This document shows, piece by piece, positions 38,531 through 51,939 of a stretch of 64,000 nt of DNA. Numbering within the stretch: position 1 is the first letter of the stretch; each line of letters starts with the position of its first letter. The position numbers were made by a program, and so were the translations under genes. The notes beneath the pieces were generated by a model, which had not been told where the DNA came from, did no database searches, and saw only the letters and a list, made by a program, of their open reading frames with translations. Origin of the DNA: Glaucostegus cemiculus (lineage: Eukaryota); NCBI GenBank assembly GCA_976551045.1, contig CDPCPM010000005.1:1178001-1242000 (forward strand). Reading direction: 5' to 3'.

Positions 38531-39239
38531 AAGAAAGAAATGATTATAGCCCTGTTAGACATACAAATTAGAATGAGGGCTCATGATGCACTTTCAGTAG
38601 CTGAACATTAATCCTCAGCATGCATTTAGAAATGCGCTAGTTCAGAGCCTTTTCCCTCTTGATGAGGTCTATTTTAGTGTGGAATCACTTTTGCAGTGAA
38701 TTAGGGATCTGTAAACATGGAGCAAACAGCTCAAAGTGAAATGCTTTTAGCTTATGATTTCATGTTTCCCATTTAACCTTGAAACAATGCTGCAGTCTGT
38801 AATTGATGTGACATCTGCTACTCCTGGTCTGGGATACCAAAACCATTTTCTGTTTTGTGGCTCTCTGTTTCCACAGTAATGGGCAAAGTGATATTGTTGT
38901 GAATGTTTTGAACTGATAATTAATAGCATTGGTAGATGTGAAGGGAGAAAGGGGGGACTGAAATTTGGGGAAAGTTTAATGGTCATGCATTTTGCAGCTT
39001 ATATTTCTGTGTTCTTTTAAAGCATGGCATGAAATGCAATAAAGCAGTTTTAATTGTGAGGCATACGATATAACAAATACCATGTCTTAAAGTACATTAA
39101 ACACAGGAAGGAAAATGAGCATCAAGTACCTATAAAACCATTTTCCACAGTAGTGTCATGTTTATGCTCATCCATTATTGACACTTATTTCTCAAGCCTA
39201 GGATCTGGAAAGCTATTCGAGGAAGGACAGCATTATGCA

Positions 39240-40210
39240 TCTTCCTCTTCCCCCAGACCCTGGGAATTGAGGTTGACCTGCTTCCAGTCCAGTTCTGTAA
39301 GTTCGGAAATCGCTGATGGGGCCAACGTGGCACCCAGACTCGGCCATAAGTGGTATAGAAGGTGCCTGATGGGGTACACATGTGGCTACTTTGTGAGCTG
39401 ATGAGCTTCTGCCATTTATGCTAGGCTTCTGTGTGCTTCTGATGAATGGACTTGAAGTTCTTGGTGCCATCTGGAATGTTTGTCATGAGTGGAGTGGGGC
39501 CAGGGATTTGACATAGGTTTCTTAACATGCTAGTGAATTTGTAGGATTTTGTAGCCAGGGTTGGTGATATTTATTAAGTGCTTTGGGGTGTTTACAGGAG
39601 GTAGTCTATGTCTTAGAATCATACAGGAGGTGCACTGAGGGTGACAGTGAATTTCTTCATCCGTGTGTGCCTTCACTGAGAGATGGCTCCTGAGATAATA
39701 GGAAGTGGTTCACCTTTGCTTCTTTGTGGATCTTTACTGTCCGGCAGATCAATGTTGTTCAGTGGTGTCATCTTAGTAGAAGATCTTTATTTTGCAAATG
39801 TTAATCATTCCCTCAAATCCTCCAGTGAATGAGTCAATGCTGACTTGGAGCCTGGCCACTTAATATGTGCATGTGTGTGTCATCTGCCTACTGCAACTTG
39901 ATGAGTGAGGTTTGAGGAACCCTGGTTCTGGATGGAAACAACATGAGTTTGAACGGTTTCACACCTGTCCTACAGTTTAGCTCCACACCAGTGGGATGCT
40001 TGTTGGAGGTGAAGTGTAACATGATAGCAAAAAAGATTGAGAAACGTACTGGAACGACATAGCCTCACTTGACACCAGTCTGCACTGAGATGAGTCTATT
40101 GTGGACCCATTAGTTAAGATCATAACCTAGAATGCCATTATGTAGCAGAAGTAAGATAGAGAGGAATTTTTGCAGCCAGTCAAAACCACTAGTGATAGTC
40201 ATTTCTCACA
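39240..40210 (-). mobile_element. Degraded RTE-clade LINE
   Basis: Minus strand GVK*GYVVP..FSI (decayed GVKQGC.IAP.LFSI) near 40070; RTE-like 3' end near 39250-39350. Confidence 0.6.
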
Positions 40211-40288
40211 GACTTGAGATCTGAAAGGCTATCTGTGCAAGGACAGAATAATGCAACATATCTGCTGTCATTGATGATTTTTACTCAG

Positions 40289-40328
40289 GAAACATAGAAA
40301 CAAATATTGCAGCTATGAATGAACACAG
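40289..40328 (+). CDS. Candidate coding exon F (NIETNIAAMNEH-R, phase 1-2)
   Basis: Acceptor gatttttactcag, donor cag|gtctga; supplies the phase 1 to 2 change needed between exons E and G. Confidence 0.4.
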
Positions 40329-41509
40329 GTCTGAAGGATATTCGCACAGTTTTTACATTTGTAGTGGCAGAAGGACATTTCACTAATTTGGTGTGGAGTC
40401 TTTTACCTTCTTAAGGCTTGGTGGATCTGATGTTTGTACCAAAGTACTCGTGAAAGTTTGATACTTCAGGGCAGTAAATCATGCCTGAACATTAGCTGTA
40501 AGTTGCATGTGGCCAGGTTACGTTGGCTATGCCTATACAACATAAACTAAAGCTGAATAAATACTGGGCATTAACAGGAACCTTTACAGTGTTTGCTACT
40601 CCTAAGTGCCTGCATATGTAGCTCTCAAATGCTTAAAAGCCCACCTTCTTCAACAGTGTGGAGCGTTTGACCAACTACCATTAAGATACCATTATTCATT
40701 TACTTAAGATACCATTATTCATTTATTTTCAAGATTGCTTCTGCCTTTTCTCATTGATAGATTAAGATCAAAACTAGTAGTTCATGTGCTTGCAAGTTTC
40801 AAACTTTTCTGAAAGAAAGTGAAATATCACACTGCAAAAATAAGCATCCTAAGTTCTTTACTGTATTGAAAATTTCATTTGGGAAAGTACAATTGCATAT
40901 CCACCTGTCCAGTAGTTTTAGGAATGCCTGTAACTAATATTGGTGCAATATAAGGAATTTCATGTATGTTCATTCTGATGCAAATCTGTCTGATCTTTGT
41001 TCTTATGGATTTCTGGAAAGTTCACCAACATGCAATGAGAAATGTCCAGCAAAATTTTGAACCTGGATCTAAATACATTATTTGCTTGTAAAACATATGC
41101 CTGATTAAAACTTGTATGAGTCACTGATGCCAGACTTTGGAGATTAGGAAATATGAATACTTTTATGATATATTAATGATTTTAAAAATCTTCCCCTTTT
41201 CCAATTTCTCCATTGCTCTGTCCATCTTTATCTCTGTAACCTTCTCTGGTCCAAAACAACCTCTGAGATCTGCATACTATAATTCTGGCAACTTATCTGG
41301 ATGGCTGCAACTCCGACAACTTTCACAAAGTTCAGAATCATCCAGAACAGTTCGACTGGTGATCCATCCATCATCCTAAACATTCATTCCCTCCACCACC
41401 AGTGCATTATGACTGCAGTGTTTACCACTATAAAATCCACTGCAGTTACTCACCCATGCTCCACTGACAACATCTCCCAAATCCATGACCTCCATTGACA
41501 ATATAGACA

Positions 41510-41930
41510 AGTCAAATCAAATATATTAGAATTCATTGTAATATACATGAGGGCTGTGAAGAATGAAGAACTTGCTTGCAGCAACATCACAAGCATGTAG
41601 ATTCAGATAACACACATCATAAATTGTACATAAATTTTATAAGACAGTGAAACAAGTACTGCAAAACAAGACATTAGTGCAAAAAAAACCCTGCATAATC
41701 AGAGACAAGTCCAGGGTAATGCAAGAGGTGATCTGTAGTGCTCCATTGCTGAGCTAGGATGGTTGTAGGAAAGTAGTTGTTCCTGAATTTGGTGGTGTGG
41801 GACTTCAGGCTTATGCACCTCCTGCCTGATGATAGCAGCAAAAGAGGGCATGACCTGGTTGGTAGAAATCCTTGATGGTGGATGCCACTTTCTCGAGGCA
41901 ACGTCTCATGTGGATGCTTTCAATGCAAGA
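41510..41930 (-). mobile_element. Rex1/Babar 3' fragment nested in an old LINE (41300-42150)
   Basis: SGRRCISLKSHTTKFRNNYFP in ORF 41674. Confidence 0.8.
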
Positions 41931-42544
41931 GCATCATGCACATCGGAACTTTGCTGCTTTGATGTTCCCCTAATGCCACTCACCATTTTTTCTTTGTCAC
42001 TGGATTTTGGAATTCCCTATCAAACAGCACTGAGGGAGTACCTTCACCAGAAGGATTGCAGCAGTTGAAGAGGGTGGCTCATGATCACCTTCTCAGTTAG
42101 AGATGGACAATAATTGCTGGCCTTGCCAGTGACATCTACATCCCAAAACAAAATCAACAAAAAAAACTACCAGAAGAAATCTGTTTTTAAAAATAGATTA
42201 AAAAGCAAAAGGAATGCAGAATTTTATTTTTTAAAGAAAGATTCTTAAAAAAATATTAAAATTGCAACTGCCCTTTAAGATCTCCTTTATACAGACTACA
42301 ATCTAGGTTTACTTGTTTGTCCTTATTCCGTACTGATAAGTAATCAAGTAGCATTAAATTAGATTAAGGCAGTGCAAGTACTATGAACAGTGTGCTTACT
42401 TTGCTAATTCTACACTTCATTGAAAACTTTAGTAAGTTTTGGAACTTTCAAAAAGAGGTAGACCACAGACTTTGTAATTCCTGAGGTAAGTCTGCTGCAA
42501 AGAATGAAAAATTCTGGAATGAAAATTCAAGAATGAGAAATTAT

Positions 42545-42880
42545 GGACACCTGTCTGTAACCACAATCTGCACCTCCCTGTTGCCAGTCACTTCAATTCC
42601 CCCTCCCACACTATCACTGATATGACAGTCCCGGGCCTCCCTCACTGCCAGGAGAATTCCAAGCGCAAACTGGAGGAACAGCACCTCATTTTCCGTTGTG
42701 GAACCTTGCAGTCTAATGACATGCACATTGAATTCTCCCACTCTTTAGGTAATCCCACCCCCCCCCCCACCCCCCAACCACCACCATGCTTCTTCTCTTT
42801 CCTAGCCTCTTTTTTTCTACTTTTTTTAAATCTCTTCTTATCTTTATCTTTAACCCATCCCCTGGTGGATCTGCTCTCTG
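42545..42880 (+). mobile_element. Penelope-like element fragment (GIY-YIG C-terminus)
   Basis: LPVASHFNSPSH...DMTVPGLPHCQENSKRKLEEQHLIFRCGTLQSNDMHIEFS. Confidence 0.8.
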
Positions 42881-42884
42881 TGTG

Positions 42885-43195
42885 TGATCACTGTAGTGTA
42901 GAAAACACAGCAGCCAATTGGTGCACAGCAGGTTTCCCCCTCCAATATTATCATCAGATAATCTGCATTTATTAGTGATATTGATTGAGGAATAATTTTT
43001 GGGCAGAGACTTTGGGGATCACTATCCTGGCCTTGTTCAAAATTGTGCTGTGGGATTGTTTATGCATGTTTGACAGGGCTTGATTTGATGTCACATCCAA
43101 AAGAGGGCACTTCTAATAGTGCAGCACTTCCTCATTACTGTGCTATTAAATAGAAATTTTGAGTGTAAGCCTTAGCAGAGGGATTTGAACCTGGA
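42885..43195 (-). mobile_element. Deu-domain SINE
   Basis: Reverse complement of the SINE type at 45470..45868. Confidence 0.6.
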
Positions 43196-45469
43196 TTTGA
43201 ATAGTAAGACTAAGCAATGCTGAAGGATGAAAGAAAACTCAAATTAGTTTAGGCATTTGATACATTATGATTCAGATCTGTATTGCTGATTCCATGATAA
43301 AAAATCCAACAAAAATTGGATGAGCTCCAACCTGCAAATTTATTAATCTTAAGGGAAAGTCTGATCGTCTGTTAAGGTACTGCACATCACATCAGAAGCT
43401 CATCTGGCCAGGCTGTCATTTGAGATCTGTCTCTTCAGGAATTAATAGCTTTGCTGTACTTTACTGTGCTGTAAATAAGACAAAGATGCTTTTCATAGCT
43501 TCCTTTGCCTTTTGTTTGAGTCGGCAAGGTCAGTTGTTTTAACACAAAAATGATTTTAACCTGCTCCTAGCCAGAATGAGTTGCTCTGTCATTTAAAATC
43601 AAGGCAGTTCTTTTGGAAGTGTAACCACTTTTGGGATATAGGAATCATAACAACCAATTTTCAACCAAGAAGTTTCTACCAGCATCACATGAACTGATAA
43701 GATTTTGCCAAAAGTGATTAAGCAATGTGCTTGCCAGCTATTACTTTTACACTTGCCCACGCACTCTTCTTGGGTTTTTACACTGGGGGTTTGTAGCACT
43801 TGGAGAGCTGAAATTGGACTGGGCCCTTGTCAGAGATCTGAGAGTGGTGTAACAAAGTGAGCTGCAGAATGGTTCTTCAACCAATTGGATTGAAGAATTC
43901 TTATTGTGATGCATCGAGCTTAGCCAGGAAGTGTCAGTCAGTAAATTTCATTCAATGCTAAGAAAGCAAAACAAAGAGGTAAAATGTAAGACCAAGGACG
44001 AGTGATTTAATAGAAAGAAACAATAAAAACACATTTTATTTTTGTTTTTTAGCAAAGTAAAAATAAAAACAAAGTTATATTTTGTATACTTTTAATCTCC
44101 AAAAATAGCTAAAATCTGAAGGGATCTGGAGGAGTGTGCTCTGTCCTTATAACATTACATTTCTAGTGTCATGCACAATGTTTGGCAGTAGTGCAGACTT
44201 GTACATTCAGTAATTAAAAAGAATCACTTAATCTTCAGTGACAAGCCCTCTCTTTTTCTGGCATAGTTAATGGGAAGTATTAGAACTACTTGTTCTGCAG
44301 GCCTTTCGATGTTGAGTCTCTTGTCAAGGTACTGGTGTAGCAAAGCTTCTGAAGGAGCATGTTAACTTGAAAATCAATTTCTGGATTTCTCTGCTCTTTT
44401 GCCTGTGTATGGTGACTGGAAGTTGCTGTCTAATTTACTTCAAAAGGACAATGAGGTATGAAAGACTAACATTGTAAAATCCAAACCATTGTGCTTTTAA
44501 ATAATGTCATTTCTGTGTTAGTCTGGGATACTGGGAAGAACTATCATTTTCTTACTTGCAGTAGACTCACCTGAATTGTCAGTGATTCATGTGAATGAGC
44601 TGACTTTGTCACTACAAACTCTAGAAAGTCTGCTCATCAATGCATTGTGCATTAATCCCAGACAAATTAGGGGTGAATTACCTGGAATTTAGAAGGTTAA
44701 GACTTGATTGAAGTGTTCAACATAATAATGAGAACTGATAGGATAGATTTCTACTAATAGGTGAGTCTAGCATTGGAGGCTATAGCCTAAAAATTAGAGC
44801 CAGGCTTTTTAAGAATATATTTAGGAAAAATTTAAATGAGCACAAGTTATTAGAAGTTTAGAACTCTCTTCCACCATTGACAATCAATGCAAGGTTAGCT
44901 GTTATTTTATTTCTTAGGTTAGTAGATTTTCGTCAACCATTGATTTCAAGGAATATTGAGAAAAGGCGAGTTTATGGAGTCTGATCTTAGATTTGCAATG
45001 CTGTCATTAAATGATGTAACAAGCTTGAGGAGCTAAATGGCTACACCCGCTTCTATGTTCTGTTGTCATCGCAAATGTGTCAGAACCTGATTAAAAAGGG
45101 TCACAAGACAGCAGTGGCCTATGCTGGCTGAGAGGAAATATACAGATTTCCCACTACTGTGGAAACTGGTAGAATCATCATCTGTTACATTGACGCACGA
45201 GATTTCCCATTTTTATAGCTGACATTGTTCCATCTCAGCATATGGTCTCCTTGCATCGCATTGACTGTGTAGCCATGACAACTTGCTTATGTAATCATAG
45301 TGGGAGGGATTCAGTCAAGGGCAATGGAATGATCCTTTCAATATGGTACTGATTTCTAATCAAGTCTAAGTGTATTTATTTGTAGTGGTTGCTTTTTTTT
45401 TAGTGTTAACAAAAGAGATGATCATTGGTTCAGAACATTATTGTTTATCTGCTATGTATGGCATTTTCA

Positions 45470-45868
45470 ACTCTGAGTCAGAGAACTGTGGCTCCAAGGC
45501 ACAGTGTAGACACTTGAGTATGAAAGTCTAGGTTCACAATCTTCTGAATTCTGCAGTTCTTCCTTTGTTGGAGGTGCTACCTTTCAGATGAAATGTTAAA
45601 CCCATGTCTTTCATCATGGTGGATTAAAGAAAAAAATCCTGTGGCAACATTTTGAAAAAAATAATGGGAGTTATCACGTATGTCCTGACAAATAGTTACC
45701 CATTAAACAACTGCTTATGTAGGTTATCTGATCATTGTTAAATGACTGTGGGAGCTTGTTGTGTGCAAATTCCTACATTACAACAGTGATTGCATTATAA
45801 CAATGACTACTTTATCAGCTGTAAAGCCCTGGGATGTTGCATAAGGTACAATATAAATGAAGGCCTTT
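45470..45868 (+). mobile_element. Deu-domain SINE (SacSINE-like)
   Basis: ctgagtcagag...ggaggtgctacctttcagatgaaatgttaaac...gtgggagcttgttgtgtgcaaatt...gctgtaaagc. Confidence 0.7.
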
Positions 45869-46604
45869 CATTTATTGATGCATTTAATGGGATGTTGAAG
45901 TGAGAAAAACATAAGGTGGATGTGCTGGTTGGGTAAGATGAGAAGGCTCACATGGAACCCAAACGTGAGCATGGACCAGGTAGGTTGAGTGGCCTTTATC
46001 TGTGTGGTAGATTCTGTGTAATTAACAGTAATGTGACAGGGACAGATGGCTGGAAAATGGATATGGACTTCTTTGTTTCCACAACACAGTAACAATATTG
46101 TACTTGTATCAAGAGAATTATTCTTTTCAATTCTCTGGCACTCACTGCGCTGTTCTTTTGAAAAGCCTGACGCTGTCCTTTGAAACCTGCAACAGTAGAG
46201 TCTTTGATCTTGCACAGTGTTCCAAAAAAGAAATGCTATGTTGAATGAGGACAAATTTACATCTGTCATATTCCAAACAATTATAGCACCTTTAGTTGAA
46301 AGCTAAAAGCATTACTGTAAAATGCCATGCAGCTTTACTCTATTTTGGTAAAGAAATTGCTTTGAAAAGACTTTGGGTAATTCAGCTCAGCTTCATGCAT
46401 TTAAGCAAGAATGGAAGACTAGTTTGGACTCTGAGGATAACACACAAGATTGAGAATTTCAAAACTCCACTGCTAACACTGCCTGGCAAACAAAATTAGG
46501 TTCCAGGTTTGCTGGTTGTTTTCCAGTTTTCAGAGGAGCAATGCAGGGTGTAAACTCACTCCTTTGCGTAATTATAACCTGAACTACTCAGAAGGTGTCT
46601 CCCT

Positions 46605-47045
46605 TACTTCTGAATCGGAAGTTTTGGGTCCAAATCCCACTACAGAGGGATTTGAATCCCACTGCTTGGGTATGAAATCTAGGCTGATTTGCCACTGAAG
46701 AAGGACATTGTAAATGTGTCACCTTTTGAAAGAGATTTTAAGCAAGATCGCTGCCACTGTCAAGATCCCTGTCATTTGCATCCATCTGCCTCTCAGATGG
46801 ATATAAATTATCCCATGACACTATTTTGAAGAGGGGTGGTGATAAAACCTGCTGTCCAGGATAATTTTATCCTCCAGTCAACACAACAGGAAAACAGATA
46901 TGGTTACTATTGTATTGTTATCTGTGGGACCTAGCTGTTTGCAAATTGAGTGCTGTGCTTTCTACACTATGACAGCTATTGGACTTCAAAAAGTATTTCA
47001 TTGGTAGCAAAGTGTTTAAGGGTATTTACTTTGAAGGTGTGAAAG
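46605..47045 (+). mobile_element. Deu-domain SINE (SacSINE-like)
   Basis: Same architecture as 45470..45868. Confidence 0.7.
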
Positions 47046-48346
47046 AAGTTTTAAATTTATTTTAAAATCTTTCAGTATTGAAGTATATTTTGTTAATATG
47101 CTGCGAGTTCTATAATAGTTCTATGAGATGCTGAACCAAATGCACTAGCACTCTGCTCTTAACCTGGAAGTAAATGCAACATTGGAGCATGGATCTCACA
47201 ACTGGATTCCATGTGCTAATCCTTCACATTTTTGTTGAGACCTTGGAGGATTTTTCTTCCAGATTCTGGGTGTATCAAAGCAGCAGTTGGGCAAAATGGT
47301 GGAGCAAATGAATGTGGGCTAATGAGGAGTCACTCACCTCTTATTATTTTTTCCCATAGGTAATTGGTGACAGACCTGATGTGGAGTCATGACCCAAAGC
47401 ATCGACTATACCTTTGCCTCTACAGATGCTGCCTGACTTACTGAGTTTCTCCAGCAGTTTGTTTTATGCTCCAGATCTCAGCGCCCACTGTATCTTGCGT
47501 CTCCCAAGTGTTGTTTGTGTTCATTTGCAGCACTTTCTGAGGGACAGTGCTGCAGAGGAAAGTGATAATTTCCAAAGCAGTCAGCAACAGCCAGTCTGGG
47601 CAGTGCAATCTCCTCTTAAATTGTTGCTTTAAACTTTGTGCATCCCCTGAGGAGCATTACCTCTCACTTGTTGCCTTGTAACAGACCCAGTTAATGCTTT
47701 TACTAGTTGTTGTGGTTACTCGTCTTCTTTAATTTCTTCCAATTGTTTGTCCATCTAGAGGAGCAAAGTAAGACATATCAGTACCTTCTGAATGATGATG
47801 AATCCTTAAAGAGGGCATCCCAATGTTATGTTGGGTGGTAGATTAATTGGCTGTTGTAAATTACCCCTTAAGAAAGTAGGTAGAAGAAGAATCGGGAGGA
47901 TTTGGTGGGTATACAAGTTGAATAAATTGCAGGGAAATAAATTGGGGAAATAAATTGGGGAAATGAGTTGATGGACATACTCTGAGAGCTGGCATAGAAG
48001 CCAAAGAGAAGATTAGAACTGCCTTGAAAAAGCATTACTAGCAGTGGCACACAAATCCCAACGGAGCTGTTACTTAGGTGCTAAGGGTTACCTGGACACT
48101 GAATATTTTCAAAGTCTGGAGAAGCATTACTATTACAAGATGATTCCCACAATGAGAGTTTATTTTAAAACAGAATAACCATCTATTTCTAGAACTGTGG
48201 AGAAGCAAAACAGAATTTACTTTTCAGGCTAATGGCCTTTCTTTAGACTTCCATCAGATCTATGGGCTTTGTGGGTACTGCCTGAGAAAAATGTCTCTTC
48301 ATGCACAATGGAGTGGATCCTGATGTAAGTTTAAGTCTGCTTTATA

Positions 48347-49814
48347 GACAATAGACAATAGACAATAGGAGCAGAATTAGACCATTCGGCCCTTTGAGTC
48401 TGCTCCGCCATTTTGAGATCATGGCTGATCCTCAGCACTCAATATCCTGTTCCTGCCTTGTCCCAATATCCCTTGATTCCCCTATCTATAAGAAACCTAT
48501 CTAGCTCCTTCTTGAAAGTGCCCAGAGAATTGGCCTCCACTGCCCTCTGAGGCAGTGCGTTCCACAAACTCACAACCCTCTGGGAGAATAAGTTTTTCCT
48601 CACCTCTGTCCTAAATGGCCTACCCCTTATTCTTAAATCATGCCCTCTGGTCCTGGACTTCCCCAACATCTGGAACATATTTCCTGTCTCTATCTTGTCC
48701 AATCCTTTAACAATCTTGTATGTTTCAATCAGATCCCCTCTCAATCTTCTCAATTCCAGCGTGTACAATCCCAGTCTATCCAACCTCTCAGCATAAGACA
48801 GTCCCGACATCCCCGGAATTAACCTCGTAAACCTACGCTGCACGCCCTCTATAGCCAGGATATCCTTCCTTAACCCCGGAGACCAAAACTGTACACAATA
48901 CTCCAGGAGCGGTCTCACCAGGGCCTTGTATAAATGCAAAAGAATCTCTTTGCTCTTGTACTCAATTCCCCTCGTAATACAGGCCAATATTCCATTAGCC
49001 TTCATCACCGCCTGCTGCACTTGCTCATTCACTTTCAGCGACTGATGAACAAGGACTCCTAGATCCCTTTGTACCTCCCCTTTACCTAACTCCACACCAT
49101 TCAGATAATAATCCACCTTCCTGTTCCCAAAGTGGATAACCTCACACTTATCCACATTAAACTTCATCTGCCAAGTATCTGCCCACTCACCCAACCTATC
49201 CAATTCACCTTGAATCCTCCTAACTTCCTCTACACATGTCGCACTGCCACCCAACTTTGTATCATCAGCAAACTTGCTAATGTTATTCTCAATGCCTTCA
49301 TCTAAATCATTAACATAGATCGTAAACAGCTGCAGTCCCAGCACCGAGCCCTGCGGCACCCCACTAGTCACGGCCTGCCATTCCGAGAAACATCCATTCA
49401 CCCCTACCCTTTGTTTCCTATCTGCCAACCAGTTTTCTATCCAAGTTAATACCCTCCCCCCAATTCCATGAGCCCTTATGTTACCCACCAATCTCCTGTG
49501 CGGCACCTTATCAAATGCCTTCTGAAAGTTGAGGTACACAACGTCCACCGAATCTCCCTCGTCTATTTTCCTGGTTACATCCTCAAAAAACTCCAGTAGA
49601 TTAGTCAAGCACGATTTGCCCTTGGTAAATCCATGCTGACTCGACCCAATCCTATCATTGCTATCCAAATATGCCGCTATTTCATCCTTAATAATGGACT
49701 CTAGCATCTTCCCCACCACAGACGTCAGGCTAACCGGACGATAGTTCCCTGTTTTCTCCCTCCCTCCTTTCTTAAAAAGTGGGATAACATTGGCCACTCT
49801 CCAATCCTCAGGAA
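48347..49814 (-). mobile_element. Young 5'-truncated CR1 LINE with an uninterrupted 452-aa RT/C-terminal ORF
   Basis: ORF 48439..49797 (NYRPVSLTS, GVPQGSVLG, KFADD); 7-nt tail repeat (gacaata)x3 on the + strand; TSD CTTTATA. Confidence 0.97.
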
Positions 49815-51302
49815 CTTTATACTTTATACTTAACTCTCCTTAGTATATCGTAGGTAACAGCTCATTGGTGACTTGCTGAAGTATAAGCTTGCTGAATGGA
49901 AGGTTGTGCAAGCACTTTCAACAGCAGCAGGTATGATGTTGTGTGTAGTGATGGATACAGGTGGTTTATCTGCAATAGTGTTGAACCTCCTTGGACATTT
50001 ACTACTACTGCTCCTCCTCCTCCCCTTCTTCCTCCTCACTATCTTCACCTTCCAACACACCCAACAAAATGCAACCAGCCAACTATTTCTGTGGCTTTGC
50101 CGACTTGAAGCAGATGTTGGTTCATTTTTTTTCAGTGTCTCCCACTTTGTTCCAAGGTAAAGCTTTGCCAACTCTTCCACTCAATGGACGTTTCCTTAGA
50201 GTGGCCTGAGCAAATTCTGTGGTGCATTTTTAACTATACTTAATAAGAAAAAAACAATTAATACCAGATTTGTGCACTGAAGTTTATTAATGTGGTCCCA
50301 TCCATGAATGCTAATGCAGAAAACTGCCACACATTAATGTTAACGGACACATTAGCATGAACTGATAGAAATTTCATTAGCTTTTGGAGCTGATGGAATG
50401 TGTTGAACAACAATGCAGCCTGTTGGCTTTAACAGGTAGTTCTTTATCAATGTAAAATGTTGTTACCCTCGATCTTGAATCAAGGTTTGACAGTGCTGTT
50501 ACTTTCAGATGGCCATGCTGTACAATGGAACTCCATTGTGCTGTACAATGTGCTCCACTGAGCAGCGCAATGGAGAGCAGAGATGCAGATTTGAGCTGTT
50601 GGACATTCTACCTTAAATGGATGTCCTTGGAATGGGACCTTGGAGAAAGTGAGCACTGAAGTCATCCTCAGTAGGGGCTGAGGATGAGGTTGAAGAGGCA
50701 AAATCAGAATGTTGGCGTGGCCTGCTGTCCATTCTCCTCCTTGAACCATTGCTCGCAATGGACTCTGGTTCACTGTGTCCACTTCCTTAGTGTGCCCTTC
50801 TCCAACTGGATGGCTCCTGCTGGATTTGGGCCATCTTCTTAAAAAGATGGCAGAATAAGTGGGAGCTTCTTGGGCTGAACAAGAACAGAAAGGCTGTGGA
50901 AGTTGTGATTCAGCAGAAAGTGATGCAATGGTCTCGTGGAATAAATGCAGTGAAGTTGATCTAATGAATTTGTTCAGCCACCCATGCTCTAGTTCTTGAA
51001 TTAAGTCTGAAATCTTTACAGAGGCTGCAAATCTTATTTTCTGGGTCCAAGATACTTACCATGATTTAAGAACAATTGTGCCAGAACAAATGCCGCTTCA
51101 CCTGCTACCTAAGTTATCCGGGAGATTTGGTGCAACTGACTGGAGATGCTGAATGATGTGACTTCTTTGCTTCACACGAGCACAAGGAAATTAATGGGTT
51201 GCACTTATTGCCAGTGAGATTGACATTCCCTAATTGGATTTATTATCCCTTGAAACCTGGATAGAATTGTTACATATAGTATATTTTTGTACTAAAATAC
51301 AG

Positions 51303-51368
51303 GAGATGTAGAGGAGTACAGAGTACTATAAAGAATCAGACTTGTGGAAAACCGTTGTCTTCTCAAAG
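51303..51368 (+). CDS. Candidate coding exon G (RCRGVQSTIKNQTCGKPLSSQ-R, phase 2-2)
   Basis: Acceptor tttttgtactaaaatacag, donor aag|gtgata; only one open frame, matching the phase of exon H. Confidence 0.45.
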
Positions 51369-51939
51369 GTGATATCTAAATAGGTGGAGATATTGAGGAG
51401 TTTGCATTTTAATTGTGTGTTTTTGTGTGAGCTAGGAGTTCACTAACCACGTATGAATCCAGTATGTGTTGAACGAAGAGTTAAAGGCTGACCTGACAAC
51501 GTGTAACTTTCTATCGTACAAGATTGAAACAGCTTGTTGTTTGCCATTAGACTAGCTTTAACAAGCATGACAACGACTCATGCTTTAATAACGACATTAG
51601 ACCTCTGAATACAAACATAGGAGTCATTTTTATTGACTGAAATGAGCAACAGGTGCAGGTTTATAAAATTAGAGAAAATGATAAATTGAACATGGAAAGG
51701 TGTTGCATGGTTTTAAGTAGTCTATTTAAAGCCTACTGCCTTATTCTGAAAGAGATTGTTTTCATTTGTTTACACTTCTTAAGTAAGTAGAGGTTTAAAA
51801 TGATTATTGTGGATCTTTAACCTATGTAAATAAATGTCTCGCATATCCATGAACTGGGTTTACATTGTCTGTCAGACTCAAAATTTCATTTTTACAATGG
51901 CCCCAATATTCATGTGCTATTGTGATTTGGCTTATTATA

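Noticed and set aside
40680-40725. 23-bp tandem duplication (ttaagataccattattcatttac)
   Set aside because: Ordinary slippage duplication; only two units and not CRISPR-like.
50480-50950. Possible Harbinger transposase remnant (also about 13960-14300)
   Set aside because: Only a vague resemblance; no DDE motif or TIR could be confirmed by eye.
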